Positions 16,264 through 25,196 of a DNA stretch of 25,951 nucleotides are shown one piece after another. Positions within the stretch are counted from its first letter, which is position 1. The number at the start of each line of letters is the position of its first letter. Made by a program: the position numbers and the translations under genes. Location: contig JBDQPD010000043.1 in NCBI GenBank assembly GCA_040260805.1, positions 1-25,951 of the forward strand. The letters run 5' to 3'. The notes under the pieces were generated by a model. It made no database searches, was not told the origin of the DNA, and saw nothing but the letters and a program-made list of their open reading frames with translations. The DNA is from Myxococcota bacterium (GTDB lineage Bacteria; Myxococcota; UBA4151).

Positions 16264-16482
16264 GTGGGGCAGCGGCCCGATTAGGATGCGGCTCTGAGTG
16301 GCTTGAGCCCCTTTATTTACAGGTAGTTGGAGTATTTTGTTCGCTGCGCAGGGCCAGAAGACGGACCCGAAGCAGAAGCGAATCCCCTTGCCGGCCACAG
16401 ACGCTCGTGGTGAAGTTTCTTGGTGTCTGGCGCGTCACAGCTTTGAGGTCGCAACGAAGCGATACTGAGAGGGAGTTCAAAG

Positions 16483-17043
16483 ATGAGAGGTTCTGCTCTG
16501 TCGATGATCTTGTTGGTGAGCGTCTTGACGGGCTGCGAGTTGATCGGCTCGGACGAAGGGAACCGTAACGGGACCTGCGGACAGCACAGCAGCTGTCCGT
16601 TTGACCAAGCCTGTGGCGGTGGAAACTGCGTGGATTTGCTCAACCGAAGCTTTGTCGTCAGCCAAGTCGATGTGGAGCTCTGCGACCTCGACCTTGACGG
16701 CGTCGCCTTTGACTCAGGTGACGGTTCATCGCCGGATCCCCAAGTTGAGGTGCGTTTTAGCGGGCAGACGATTTTCAGCAGCCCGGTAGAAATTAACGCC
16801 TTGGTGGCGACGTATCGAGTCGACAACGCCGAGGTCACGATCAACGACTTCTCGGATAGCTTTGAGGTTGAGGTTCGTGATGACGACGACGGCACCGCTC
16901 AGCTGATGGATACCTTATCGGTTGACGTCAACTACCCTGGCTTGCGAGCCGGCGAGGTGGTGGTGGTCAATGAGGCGGATTGCAGCGAAAGTCCGGTCAC
17001 TCGGGTCGGATTGCTGCTGCGACCTGTGGATGGAGCCTGGTAG
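16483..17043 (+). CDS. Lipoprotein with a Cys-rich repeat and an acidic C2-like beta domain
   Basis: Lipobox VLTGC, CGQHSSCPFDQACGGGNC, DSGDGSSPDPQVEV and FEVEVRDDDDG (C2-like Ca loops). GAGGGAG RBS. Confidence 0.75.
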   Translation: MRGSALSMILLVSVLTGCELIGSDEGNRNGTCGQHSSCPFDQACGGGNCVDLLNRSFVVSQVDVELCDLDLDGVAFDSGDGSSPDPQVEVRFSGQTIFSSPVEINALVATYRVDNAEVTINDFSDSFEVEVRDDDDGTAQLMDTLSVDVNYPGLRAGEVVVVNEADCSESPVTRVGLLLRPVDGAW

Positions 17044-17045
17044 GT

Positions 17046-17699
17046 ATGCGTTACATCGGTTTCGAAGGCCCGATCGGGGCAGGGAAGACCACTTTGGTGC
17101 GCGCACTTGAAGAGCGCCTCAACGGGAAGGTCATCCTCGAGCAAGCCGATGAGAACCCATTTCTTGAGCGCTTCTATCAAGACAAAGAGCGCTATGCGTT
17201 TCAGGCTCAGATCTTCTTCTTGCTGTCGCGCTATCAGCAACAGCGTCAGATCTTACAAGGCGACCTCTTCCACGAGTATTTCCTCGGGGACTATGTCTTC
17301 TCTCGTGACACCATCTTTGCTCGGATGACTCTGAGTGAGGATGAGCTCGGGCTGTATTCGACCATCTACAATGCGCTGGTTGAACAGATCCCGCAGCCGG
17401 ACCTCGTCGTCTATTTGCGGGCAACTCCTGAGACGCTGATGGAGCGAGTGCGGATGCGCGGCAAAGATTATGAAGCCGCTATGACCCTTGATTATCTGCG
17501 CGAGCTTTGCGGTATTTATGAAGAGTTCTTTCGACATTATACCGATACTCCGCTACTAATTATCGACACCGATGATATCGACTACCGCAACAACCCAGCC
17601 GAATTGAGTCGGGTCTGCGACCTAGTCATGGAGACTCTTAACCGCCACATCAGCGCCAAAGATACGGCCAGTATGGTGCCGCAGGAACTTCCCGCATAG
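17046..17699 (+). CDS. Deoxynucleoside kinase (dNK/dgk family)
   Basis: MRYIGFEGPIGAGKTTL P-loop, ENPFLERFY, QIFFLLSR, PDLVVYLRA, RVRMRG lid. Start placed at ATG 17046. Confidence 0.93.
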   Translation: MRYIGFEGPIGAGKTTLVRALEERLNGKVILEQADENPFLERFYQDKERYAFQAQIFFLLSRYQQQRQILQGDLFHEYFLGDYVFSRDTIFARMTLSEDELGLYSTIYNALVEQIPQPDLVVYLRATPETLMERVRMRGKDYEAAMTLDYLRELCGIYEEFFRHYTDTPLLIIDTDDIDYRNNPAELSRVCDLVMETLNRHISAKDTASMVPQELPA

Positions 17700-17704
17700 C
17701 GTAA

Positions 17705-17775
17705 GTCAGCTTTGACCCCAAGAGGGCAGAGACCATCAAGCGCTGGGAGCCTTAGGACCTACTGAAGCTGAACAG
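17705..17775 (+). ncRNA. Candidate cis-regulatory leader of panB (pan RNA motif-like hairpin)
   Basis: Hairpin GCTTTG-A-CCC-caaga-GGG-C-A-GAGAC (17709-17733) with bulged adenosines in the panB 5' region. An alternative pairing TCAGCTT/AAGCTGA reaches the RBS region. Confidence 0.45.
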
Positions 17776-17790
17776 AGGAGGAGGTGAACC

Positions 17791-18645
17791 ATGCAAAAGG
17801 TCACCATCGTCAACCTCGCCGAAGCGAAGGTTCAACAACAACCCATCACCATGGTGACCGCGTACGACGCGACCATGGCGCGTATTGCCGATGATGCCGG
17901 GGTCGACACTATTTTAGTGGGCGATTCGCTGGGAATGGTCATTGGCGGACGCGACAACACGCTTGAGGTCACGCTTCAAGAAGTGGCTTATCATTGCCGC
18001 GCCGTTCGACGCGGCGCGCCGCGTCCGTTCCTGATCGCCGATATGCCCTTTATGACCTACCAAGCGAGCGTCGATGAAGCCGTGCGAAATGCTGGTTTTC
18101 TGGTCCGAGAAGGTCGCGCCGAGGCGGTCAAACTGGAAGGCGGCGAAGCGATCGTTGAGCAAATCGCAGCGATCACGGCTGCTGGCATTCCGGTCGTTGG
18201 TCACGTGGGGTTAACGCCCCAAAGCGTCCATGCGATGGGCGGCTTCAAAGTTCAGGGCCGCAATCAAAACGGTGCGGACCGGGTCTTGCTCGATGCGCAA
18301 GCGATCGTCGGAGCGGGCGCGTGCATGGTGGTTCTTGAGGGGATCCCTAAAGAGCTCGCCGCCCGCATTACCGAGATCTTACCGGTACCCACCATTGGTA
18401 TCGGTGCAGGGGTCGCCTGCGATGGTCAGGTTTTAGTCTGCAGCGATCTGTTGGGGATGAACCCAGACTTTCGGCCAAAGTTTGTTCGGCAGTTCATGGA
18501 CGGCTACGCCCAAATGAAGGGTGCTTTTGAGCAGTATATTGAATCCGTCCAAGATCGCAGCTTTCCAAATGATAAGGAGAGCTTCTCGTCGCCGGCTGCC
18601 GGTGAGCGAAAAGCGGTAGGCGACAAAGTCACGCGTCTGTACTGA
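17791..18645 (+). CDS. panB: 3-methyl-2-oxobutanoate hydroxymethyltransferase
   Basis: ITMVTAYD, ILVGDSLGMV, ADMPF, AVKLEGG, GHVGLTPQ, TIGIGAG, DGQVLV. Strong GGAGGAGG RBS. Confidence 0.98.
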   Translation: MQKVTIVNLAEAKVQQQPITMVTAYDATMARIADDAGVDTILVGDSLGMVIGGRDNTLEVTLQEVAYHCRAVRRGAPRPFLIADMPFMTYQASVDEAVRNAGFLVREGRAEAVKLEGGEAIVEQIAAITAAGIPVVGHVGLTPQSVHAMGGFKVQGRNQNGADRVLLDAQAIVGAGACMVVLEGIPKELAARITEILPVPTIGIGAGVACDGQVLVCSDLLGMNPDFRPKFVRQFMDGYAQMKGAFEQYIESVQDRSFPNDKESFSSPAAGERKAVGDKVTRLY

Positions 18646-18677
18646 ATGAGTCCGACGGACACGGTAGCGAGCATCTG

Positions 18678-19157
18678 ATGAGCAAAGCAAAAGGCAAAGA
18701 AAAGGGCGACGCCGCCCCGACGATTGCGAACCGGCGCGCTCGTCGTGATTATGAGATCCTTGACGAGTACGAAGCCGGGCTGGTGCTCATGGGCTCTGAA
18801 GTTAAGAGTATCCGCGCCGGTCGCTGCTCGATCGCCGAAGCGTATTGCGCCTTGGTGAGCCACGAGGTGTTCTTGATCAACTGCCGCATTGAGCCCTGGC
18901 CGGGAGCGGCTCAGTTTGGCCATGAGCCTGAGCGCAGCCGTAAGCTGCTGCTCAACAAAAAAGAGATCGAGCGACTCAGTAAAGCGGTGCACGTCAAAGG
19001 GCGCACGCTGATTCCCCTGCGGATGTTTTTCAACGCGCGCGGGCTGGTCAAGATCAAGATGGGCGTCGGGCGAGGTAAGTCCGATTACGACAAGCGCCAA
19101 GACATCAAAAAGCGTGACGTGGATCGCGATATCGCTCGCGTTATGCGCCGGGGCTGA
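18678..19157 (+). CDS. smpB: SsrA-binding protein SmpB
   Basis: IANRRARRDYEILDEYEAGLVLMGSEVKSIRAG, RKLLL, GRGKSDYDKRQDIKKRD. Confidence 0.97.
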   Translation: MSKAKGKEKGDAAPTIANRRARRDYEILDEYEAGLVLMGSEVKSIRAGRCSIAEAYCALVSHEVFLINCRIEPWPGAAQFGHEPERSRKLLLNKKEIERLSKAVHVKGRTLIPLRMFFNARGLVKIKMGVGRGKSDYDKRQDIKKRDVDRDIARVMRRG

Positions 19158-19250
19158 CTCAGTCGATCAAAAATCAGCCTGCGCGCGCCTGATTAGGGTG
19201 GCGCCGCCGAGTACACTGCGCTTAGAGCCTGCGTCGACGAGGAGGCTGTG

Positions 19251-21056
19251 ATGAGCACACTGCTGGAGCAAGGCCGTACCCATACCTGCGGCGAGTTACG
19301 CCCAGAGCACATGGGTCATGAGGTGATCTTGATGGGCTGGGTCGGCGCTTGGCGCGATCTGGGCGGCCGGCGCTTTATCGATCTGCGAGACCGCTACGGC
19401 TTGACCCAGATCACCTTCGGTGAAGAGCTTGATGCGGCGCTCTCTGGTCGCGGTAAGACGCTGCGTAGCGAGTGGGTGGTGGCGATTCGCGGTGTGGTTG
19501 AAGACCGAGTCGGTAACGGCGGCTCGGTCAACGCACAGCTCGAGACCGGAGCGATTGAGGTGCGGGTGACTGAGCTCGACGTCTTGAGCGAGTCTGAGAC
19601 GCCTCCCTTCTTGATCGCAGATGACGTCGATGCCCGTGAAGAATTGCGGCTCAAGTATCGCTACCTCGACCTTCGTCGCTCGCCGATGCAAAAGCATCTG
19701 ATCGCTCGGCATCGCTTCAATCAGGCGGTGCGAAGCTATCTTGACCAGCGCGATTTTCTAGAGCTTGAGACCCCGTATTTGATCCGCTCGACCCCTGAAG
19801 GCGCTCGTGACTACGTGGTCCCGAGCCGGGTCCATGCGGGCACATTCTTTGCGCTGCCGCAGAGCCCGCAGATTTTTAAACAGCTGTTCATGGTGGGCGG
19901 TTACGACAAGTATTTTCAGATCACTCGGTGTTTCCGAGACGAGGATCTGCGCGCTGATCGCCAGCCTGAGTTTACCCAGGTCGATATGGAGATGAGCTTT
20001 CCGACCGAAGACCGCATTATGGGCTTGGTTGAGGGCTTGATTCAGCACGTCTTTAAGACGGTCATCGATGTGGAGCTCGACTCAAACTTTGAGCGTTTGA
20101 CCTACGCAGAGGCGATGCGCCGCTTCGGTAAAGACGCTCCGGATCTTCGCTTCGGGATGGAGCTCGCCGAGCTTAACGATTTGGTCGCAGACTGTGGCTT
20201 TGGTGTGTTCTCATCGACGGTTGCAGCGGGTGGTTTGGTCAAAGCGATCGCACTGCCCGGCGGCGCTGAGCGCTCGCGCAAGCAGATCGAGAGCTTGCAA
20301 GACATCACCAAGCCTTACGGCGCGAAAGGGCTCGCTTGGGCTAAGGTGACTGGCGACGGGTGGCAGGGCGGTATCTCCAAGTTCTTTGATGCCGCAGAGC
20401 AGGCAGCAATGGCTGATCGTGTCGGCGCCAAAGAAGGCGATTTGATGCTCTTTGTTGCCGACAAAACCAGCGTCGCCAACGCCGCTTTAGGCAACCTGAG
20501 GCTGCACCTTGGCGATACGCTTGGCTTGCGCACTCCGGGCACCTTTAAAGCCATCTGGGTCACTGACTTTCCGATGTTCGATTCGGTCGAGCTTGAGGAC
20601 GGCAGCACCCGCTGGGTGGCTTGTCATCACCCCTTCACGGCGCCGCAAGCTGAGTATGCGCTCAGCATGGAAGAAAACCCTGGCGAGGCGCTCGCTCAAG
20701 CCTACGACTTGGTGATCAACGGGCACGAGATGGGCGGCGGATCGATCCGTATTCATCAGCATGACATCCAAGAGCGCATGTTCCGAGTGCTGGGCATGCC
20801 CGAAGAGGAGCAGCGCGAGAAGTTTGGCTTCTTGCTCGACGCCTTTCGCTATGGCCCGCCGCCTCATGGTGGCTTAGCGCTTGGCGTGGACCGCTTGGTT
20901 ATGGAGATGGTCGGCGCGACCTCGCTCCGAGACGTGATCGCCTTTCCTAAGACCAACAGAGCGCAAGACCTGATGCTCGATGCGCCCGGACGTATCGATG
21001 CGGAGCAGTTTGAAGAGCTGTACTTGGAATCGACCGCTGACCGGGGCGATGCCTAG
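19251..21056 (+). CDS. aspS: Aspartate--tRNA ligase (bacterial type with GAD domain)
   Basis: RTHTCGELR, FIDLRDRYG, RLKYRYLDLR, STPEGARDY, ALPQSPQIFKQL, CFRDEDLRADRQPEFTQVDMEMSF, GGGSIRIH, YGPPPHGG. GAGGAGG spacing favours ATG 19251 over GTG 19248. Confidence 0.98.
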   Translation: MSTLLEQGRTHTCGELRPEHMGHEVILMGWVGAWRDLGGRRFIDLRDRYGLTQITFGEELDAALSGRGKTLRSEWVVAIRGVVEDRVGNGGSVNAQLETGAIEVRVTELDVLSESETPPFLIADDVDAREELRLKYRYLDLRRSPMQKHLIARHRFNQAVRSYLDQRDFLELETPYLIRSTPEGARDYVVPSRVHAGTFFALPQSPQIFKQLFMVGGYDKYFQITRCFRDEDLRADRQPEFTQVDMEMSFPTEDRIMGLVEGLIQHVFKTVIDVELDSNFERLTYAEAMRRFGKDAPDLRFGMELAELNDLVADCGFGVFSSTVAAGGLVKAIALPGGAERSRKQIESLQDITKPYGAKGLAWAKVTGDGWQGGISKFFDAAEQAAMADRVGAKEGDLMLFVADKTSVANAALGNLRLHLGDTLGLRTPGTFKAIWVTDFPMFDSVELEDGSTRWVACHHPFTAPQAEYALSMEENPGEALAQAYDLVINGHEMGGGSIRIHQHDIQERMFRVLGMPEEEQREKFGFLLDAFRYGPPPHGGLALGVDRLVMEMVGATSLRDVIAFPKTNRAQDLMLDAPGRIDAEQFEELYLESTADRGDA

Positions 21057-21778
21057 CGCGTCTCGAGCGCCTTGAGCTCATCGTCGGTGATCGGCAGCAG
21101 CTTTCCCGTGGCTTTGCCATCGAGCAAGACCGCCATACGGTGGTCGCCGCCTTGGTGCAGGTAGATCCATTTTTGAACGGGTGGGGTTGCGCTCGCGTCC
21201 ATGAAGACGCGATCCGGTGTACACAGCGCCAGCCGAACGACCTCTTTGGACATGTCGGTGACTAAGCGTCCCTGACTGACCGCTGATCGCAACGCCGGAT
21301 TGAGCTTGCCGAGGTGGTCGGGCTCTTGGGCGGCGAAGCGCTCGTCGAGCCATTTCAGGACGCTGGCTTCATCACTTAGGCCTTCGGGTATGACCAGGAT
21401 CGCTTGGCTGCTGCCGCTGCGAAGGTGGACCCAGGCGAGGTGGCGCGGGCTGCGTAAGGGGCGCATGATCGACTCAAAGCGGGTCGGAAAGCTGAACCGG
21501 TCAACGTACCAGATAGACCCCGGATGCACGCGGTTGAGTTTGGCGGTCAGTGGGAGCGGTTTGCCGGCTGCGTTGAGCGCTAAAAATCGAGCGCCGACTC
21601 GGTGAGCGCTGACCAGATCACGGGTCGGGTCATCAAAAAAGTTCGAGCGATTCAGCGCACACTGAGCATAGAGCTTGAGCCCGAGGCGTTTGCCTTCGAG
21701 TTGGACCTGTAGGTCGGGCTTTGCGCCTTCAAGGGTAGCGCAAGACGCAAAGACAAGGGATAAGGCGATGGCTCTCAT
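21053..21778 (-). CDS. Lipoprotein with C-terminal BamE/SmpA-like motif, unknown function
   Basis: MRAIALSLVFASC lipobox. GRLVTDMSKEVVRLALCTPD...QKWIY resembles the GMsxxxVxxxLGxP...WxY pattern. GAGG RBS. Confidence 0.7.
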   Translation of the reverse strand: MRAIALSLVFASCATLEGAKPDLQVQLEGKRLGLKLYAQCALNRSNFFDDPTRDLVSAHRVGARFLALNAAGKPLPLTAKLNRVHPGSIWYVDRFSFPTRFESIMRPLRSPRHLAWVHLRSGSSQAILVIPEGLSDEASVLKWLDERFAAQEPDHLGKLNPALRSAVSQGRLVTDMSKEVVRLALCTPDRVFMDASATPPVQKWIYLHQGGDHRMAVLLDGKATGKLLPITDDELKALETR

Positions 21779-21830
21779 AAGGCCTCTCTAGGCCGCTGGA
21801 GGGCTGACAGCAAGCCCCGAAAGGACGTCC

Positions 21831-22565
21831 ATGAGCTTGGCTTTTGAGAAGTGGGAGGGACTCGGCAACCACTTTGTCCTGCTTGAGTCCTTACCGAACG
21901 AGGTGACGGTCCAAGAGCTGTGCGATCCGCGCCGTGGCGTCGGCGCTGATGGGGTGATCGTCCTGGGCTGCGAGCCACCAACGATGACGATCTTTAATGC
22001 CGACGGCTCACGAGCGGCGATGTGCGGCAATGGGCTGCGCTGCGCGGCGCGCTGGTTTGCGGCGCGCAGCGTGGACTTGGGCAGCGGGATTCAAACCGAC
22101 AGCGGCCTGATGCGGGTCGGCGAAGTGGCTGACGAGGTGGCTGTAGTCGTGGGTACGCCGTCGCTGGTGGGTCGGGGTGAGTTTCGCGGCTGCGGCTACA
22201 CCGCCGTCGATATTGGGAACCCGCACGCGGTCTTTATCGACCCGCCGGCGTCGTTTGACTTAGAAGCTGTGGGTGAAGCGATGCAGACGCATCCTGATTT
22301 TGAGGGCGGCGTGAACGTGCATGAGGTCCGCAGCGTCGGGCCCCTGCTGATCGTGGTTCCTTTTGAGCGCGGCGTGGGACTGACCCAGGCTTGTGGTACT
22401 GGCGCAGCTGCCAGCGCGTTTGCGGTTCAGGCTGAGCGCAACAGCGCATGGCCGATCACCACTGAGCTTCCCGGCGGCGTGCTGCGCTTCGAGCCTGGAG
22501 AGGCTGGCGCGCTGTGGATGCACGGTCCGGCGCGCCAGGTCTTTACGGGGACTTGGTCACGCTAG
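21831..22565 (+). CDS. dapF: Diaminopimelate epimerase
   Basis: FEKWEGLGNHF, RRGVGADG, NADGSRAAMCGNGLRC, GNPHAV, ERGVGLTQACGTGA. Confidence 0.96.
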   Translation: MSLAFEKWEGLGNHFVLLESLPNEVTVQELCDPRRGVGADGVIVLGCEPPTMTIFNADGSRAAMCGNGLRCAARWFAARSVDLGSGIQTDSGLMRVGEVADEVAVVVGTPSLVGRGEFRGCGYTAVDIGNPHAVFIDPPASFDLEAVGEAMQTHPDFEGGVNVHEVRSVGPLLIVVPFERGVGLTQACGTGAAASAFAVQAERNSAWPITTELPGGVLRFEPGEAGALWMHGPARQVFTGTWSR

Positions 22566-23250
22566 GCGCTTCTTGCAGCTCCAGCTTCTTCATCAGCTTT
22601 TTGTTCCACTCGCGAGCCCATGCGGCACGGTTTTTTGTCGCGACCGCCTTAGCCTTTCGGATCGGACCCGCTGCTTTGCTTTGTTTGGATAAGCCGTAGA
22701 TGCTCAAGCCGGAGCCAGTAAGCAGACCCCCGATGGTGCCATAAACGAGCATCGAACTGTTGGAGCTTCCACAGTCTTTGTAGCTCGCTAATGCTGCTTC
22801 TTCACGGTAATCAGGTCGGGTGCCGCAATCGGATTGAAGCAGCACACCTGCGAGCGGTGCGCCCACCATAAGGGCAACACCAATGGTCCCATAGATACGC
22901 TGCTTATTGACCGCTTCGTAGTGGTTGGTTGGATTCTCAACGTCGCTCGCAATACCGGCTTTTTGAAGCGCAGGAAGATAGTTCTCTAAGCGGTAATAAC
23001 TTCCGTCTTGAGCGAGCAGCGACAGGTCCTGATATTGTCGAACGCTCGTTGAGTTCCCTTGAGTGCTCGTGACCGTCGTCGTCTTTTTCGCGGCGCTGAA
23101 CGCGTGTTGATCGAATTGCTCTTTGCGCTCTTCGAGCGTTTGAGCGGGTTCAAGTTCGGCTAGCGATCGCGGCGGGTTCGGGTACGCGCGCATTTTCGCC
23201 ATGCAGCCGGATAACCCAAGAGACAAGAGAACCGTCAGCACAAGTCGCAT
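22543..23250 (-). CDS. Lipoprotein with two Gly-rich hydrophobic helices, unknown function
   Basis: Lipobox LGLSGC. Hydrophobic segments IYGTIGVALMVGAPLAGVLL and MLVYGTIGGLLTGSGLSIYGL. 3' overlap with dapF of 23 bp. Confidence 0.75.
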   Translation of the reverse strand: MRLVLTVLLSLGLSGCMAKMRAYPNPPRSLAELEPAQTLEERKEQFDQHAFSAAKKTTTVTSTQGNSTSVRQYQDLSLLAQDGSYYRLENYLPALQKAGIASDVENPTNHYEAVNKQRIYGTIGVALMVGAPLAGVLLQSDCGTRPDYREEAALASYKDCGSSNSSMLVYGTIGGLLTGSGLSIYGLSKQSKAAGPIRKAKAVATKNRAAWAREWNKKLMKKLELQEAPSVTKSP

Positions 23251-23280
23251 TGTCGAAGAACCTCTGAAATTACACAGTAA

Positions 23281-25140
23281 TCAAGCATTCTTATGGTGTG
23301 CTGGCAAGATTGCAACGCAGCGCGTGCCGCCCTCGGGTCGTAAGCTGACCTCGAGCTTGCCGCCTTGGTCAGCGAGCACCTCCATCGCCAGCGCTAGCCC
23401 GAGCCCGGTCCCCGAGGGGCGACCGTCGATGAAGGCTTGACCTAAGCGCTCCAGAATCGCTTCAGGGACTCCCGGCCCGTTGTCATCGATGACCAAAGCC
23501 ACGCCCGCCTCATGAGGCTGCGCGTGCAGCTGCACTAAGCCCTCTGTTTCATCCACGGCTTGGAGCGCATTTTGGATCAGGTTCATCAGCACACCGCGCA
23601 AGCCATCAGGGTCGACCCAGGCGGTGAGTTCATCGTCGAGTGTGTGGCTCAGGCGAGCGTCGTTCATGAAGCGCAGAAGGTCGCCTACCAACGGACCAAG
23701 CAGAGTGTCTTCGGGCTTAGGATCGGGCAGTCTCGCCATCTGCAGATAGGCTTGGGTGACTCGTTCAAGTCGAGCCGCCTCGGAGCGAATTTGGTCAAGC
23801 CAGCCTTCAGGGTCTGAATCATCAGGGAGGTCATCGCTGAGCATGCGCGCAGCGAGCCCAATGGTCGACAAGGGGTTGCGCACTTCATGAACCACCTGGG
23901 CTGCCAGCCTGCCAGTAGCCGCCAGTCGCTCATGCCGCCTGAGCGCAAACTCGGCGTCAAAGCGTCTCGTGACCTCCTCGATCACTAAAATAGCGCCCGT
24001 GATCGGTGGGGCGAGACGGCTGCTGTCTCGGTCGCGAAGGCTGCTCAGGTGGACCGTCAAACGACGGCTGTCATCAAAACTCATCTCGTTGATGTAGCTG
24101 TTGTCTGGAGCGGTCAAAACCTGATGCAGCGCGTCGTCGTTGTCGATCACTGCGCCGGCTGGTGTGGCGCTCAGCGGTTTGCCCATGAAGGCGTCGGGTC
24201 CTTCGGAGAATAGGCGCCGGCAGCCTTGGTTGATCCGCGTGACTCGTCCTTGTTGGTCAAGAACCACAAGCGCCTGAGGGACACTCTCGATCAAATTGAC
24301 GATGTCGCTCTGCGCTCGTTTGAGTCGGCTTCGTTCGTCTTTGAGCGTCTGCTCTCGTCCTTGAACGGTCTCGGCCATCCGCTGGACCGCGCGCATCGTC
24401 GCACCGACCTCGTCGTTTCCAGCCTTAAACGGGGGGACGGGCTGACCGGCTTCAACCCGAGCAACGGCAGAGCGCAGAAGCTCTAAGCTCCGAAGCGGCG
24501 CGATCAGGGTGAGCGTCAGAATCAACACGCCTAAGGCGCCCAGAGCGGCAAGTCCGACAAGCCATTGGACCTCGCGAGCACCGGTCAGCGCCGCCTCTTT
24601 CGATCGGGTTTTGATCTCCGAGCGCGCAAGAACCAGCACCAGGCGGAGCTCGCGATCAATCTCATCAAGCGCAGACAAAAACGGGCTGCGCTCGGTCAAC
24701 CCGTCTAAGTCGCCGAGCCGTTCAAGCGCTCGGCTCAGGTGGGTTTGAGGCACCGATCGCGCAACGGCAGGGCGAGACCTGGCTAAGTCGCTGAGCGTCT
24801 GCAAGGCGTTTCTTCGAGCCTCGAAGCTTCCGCCGAAAGAGCGGAGCCGATCGGTGATATCAAGCTCCGGGTCGACCTGGTCGATATAGGCTCTGCTTCC
24901 GGCGATGAGCGAGCGCAGCTCGCCGATCTCAGCCACCAATGGCAACAAGACGGCGCCGTTGAGCTCGAGGGTCGCGGTCGTGTTGTGGATGCGAAAGGCG
25001 GCGATACCCGTTACAGTGCCCGTGACCAGAATAAGAAGGACGTAGGCGAGGACCAACCGTCGAAGGATGCTGAAGGATCGGCTATTTGTCGGTCTATGTG
25101 CCAATTGACCTGCCCTATCCTGCGTGATAGCCGCTCGCAC
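23281..25140 (-). CDS. Membrane sensor histidine kinase (2 TM, HAMP, PAS, HisKA, HATPase)
   Basis: HAMP PLRSL...DEVGAT, PAS ESVPQALVVLDQQGRVTRIN, H-box VHEVRNPL, N-box NLIQNALQA, DDNGPGV, GTGLGL. Start uncertain. Confidence 0.92.
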   Translation of the reverse strand: MRAAITQDRAGQLAHRPTNSRSFSILRRLVLAYVLLILVTGTVTGIAAFRIHNTTATLELNGAVLLPLVAEIGELRSLIAGSRAYIDQVDPELDITDRLRSFGGSFEARRNALQTLSDLARSRPAVARSVPQTHLSRALERLGDLDGLTERSPFLSALDEIDRELRLVLVLARSEIKTRSKEAALTGAREVQWLVGLAALGALGVLILTLTLIAPLRSLELLRSAVARVEAGQPVPPFKAGNDEVGATMRAVQRMAETVQGREQTLKDERSRLKRAQSDIVNLIESVPQALVVLDQQGRVTRINQGCRRLFSEGPDAFMGKPLSATPAGAVIDNDDALHQVLTAPDNSYINEMSFDDSRRLTVHLSSLRDRDSSRLAPPITGAILVIEEVTRRFDAEFALRRHERLAATGRLAAQVVHEVRNPLSTIGLAARMLSDDLPDDSDPEGWLDQIRSEAARLERVTQAYLQMARLPDPKPEDTLLGPLVGDLLRFMNDARLSHTLDDELTAWVDPDGLRGVLMNLIQNALQAVDETEGLVQLHAQPHEAGVALVIDDNGPGVPEAILERLGQAFIDGRPSGTGLGLALAMEVLADQGGKLEVSLRPEGGTRCVAILPAHHKNA

Positions 25141-25196
25141 CCTTGAGCGTACACTCCTCCCCCATAGGGGGAAAGGGTGTCTCGAACGGAGCCTTT

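Noticed and set aside
16264..16482. Possible tRNA or known ncRNA after rsmA
   Set aside because: No cloverleaf, T-loop or recognisable family signature; only an imperfect hairpin.
19158..19250. Possible tmRNA (ssrA) or T-box between smpB and aspS
   Set aside because: Only ~90 nt, with no GGGG...CCACCA tRNA-like ends and no T-box motif; just a weak AATCAG/CTGATT repeat.
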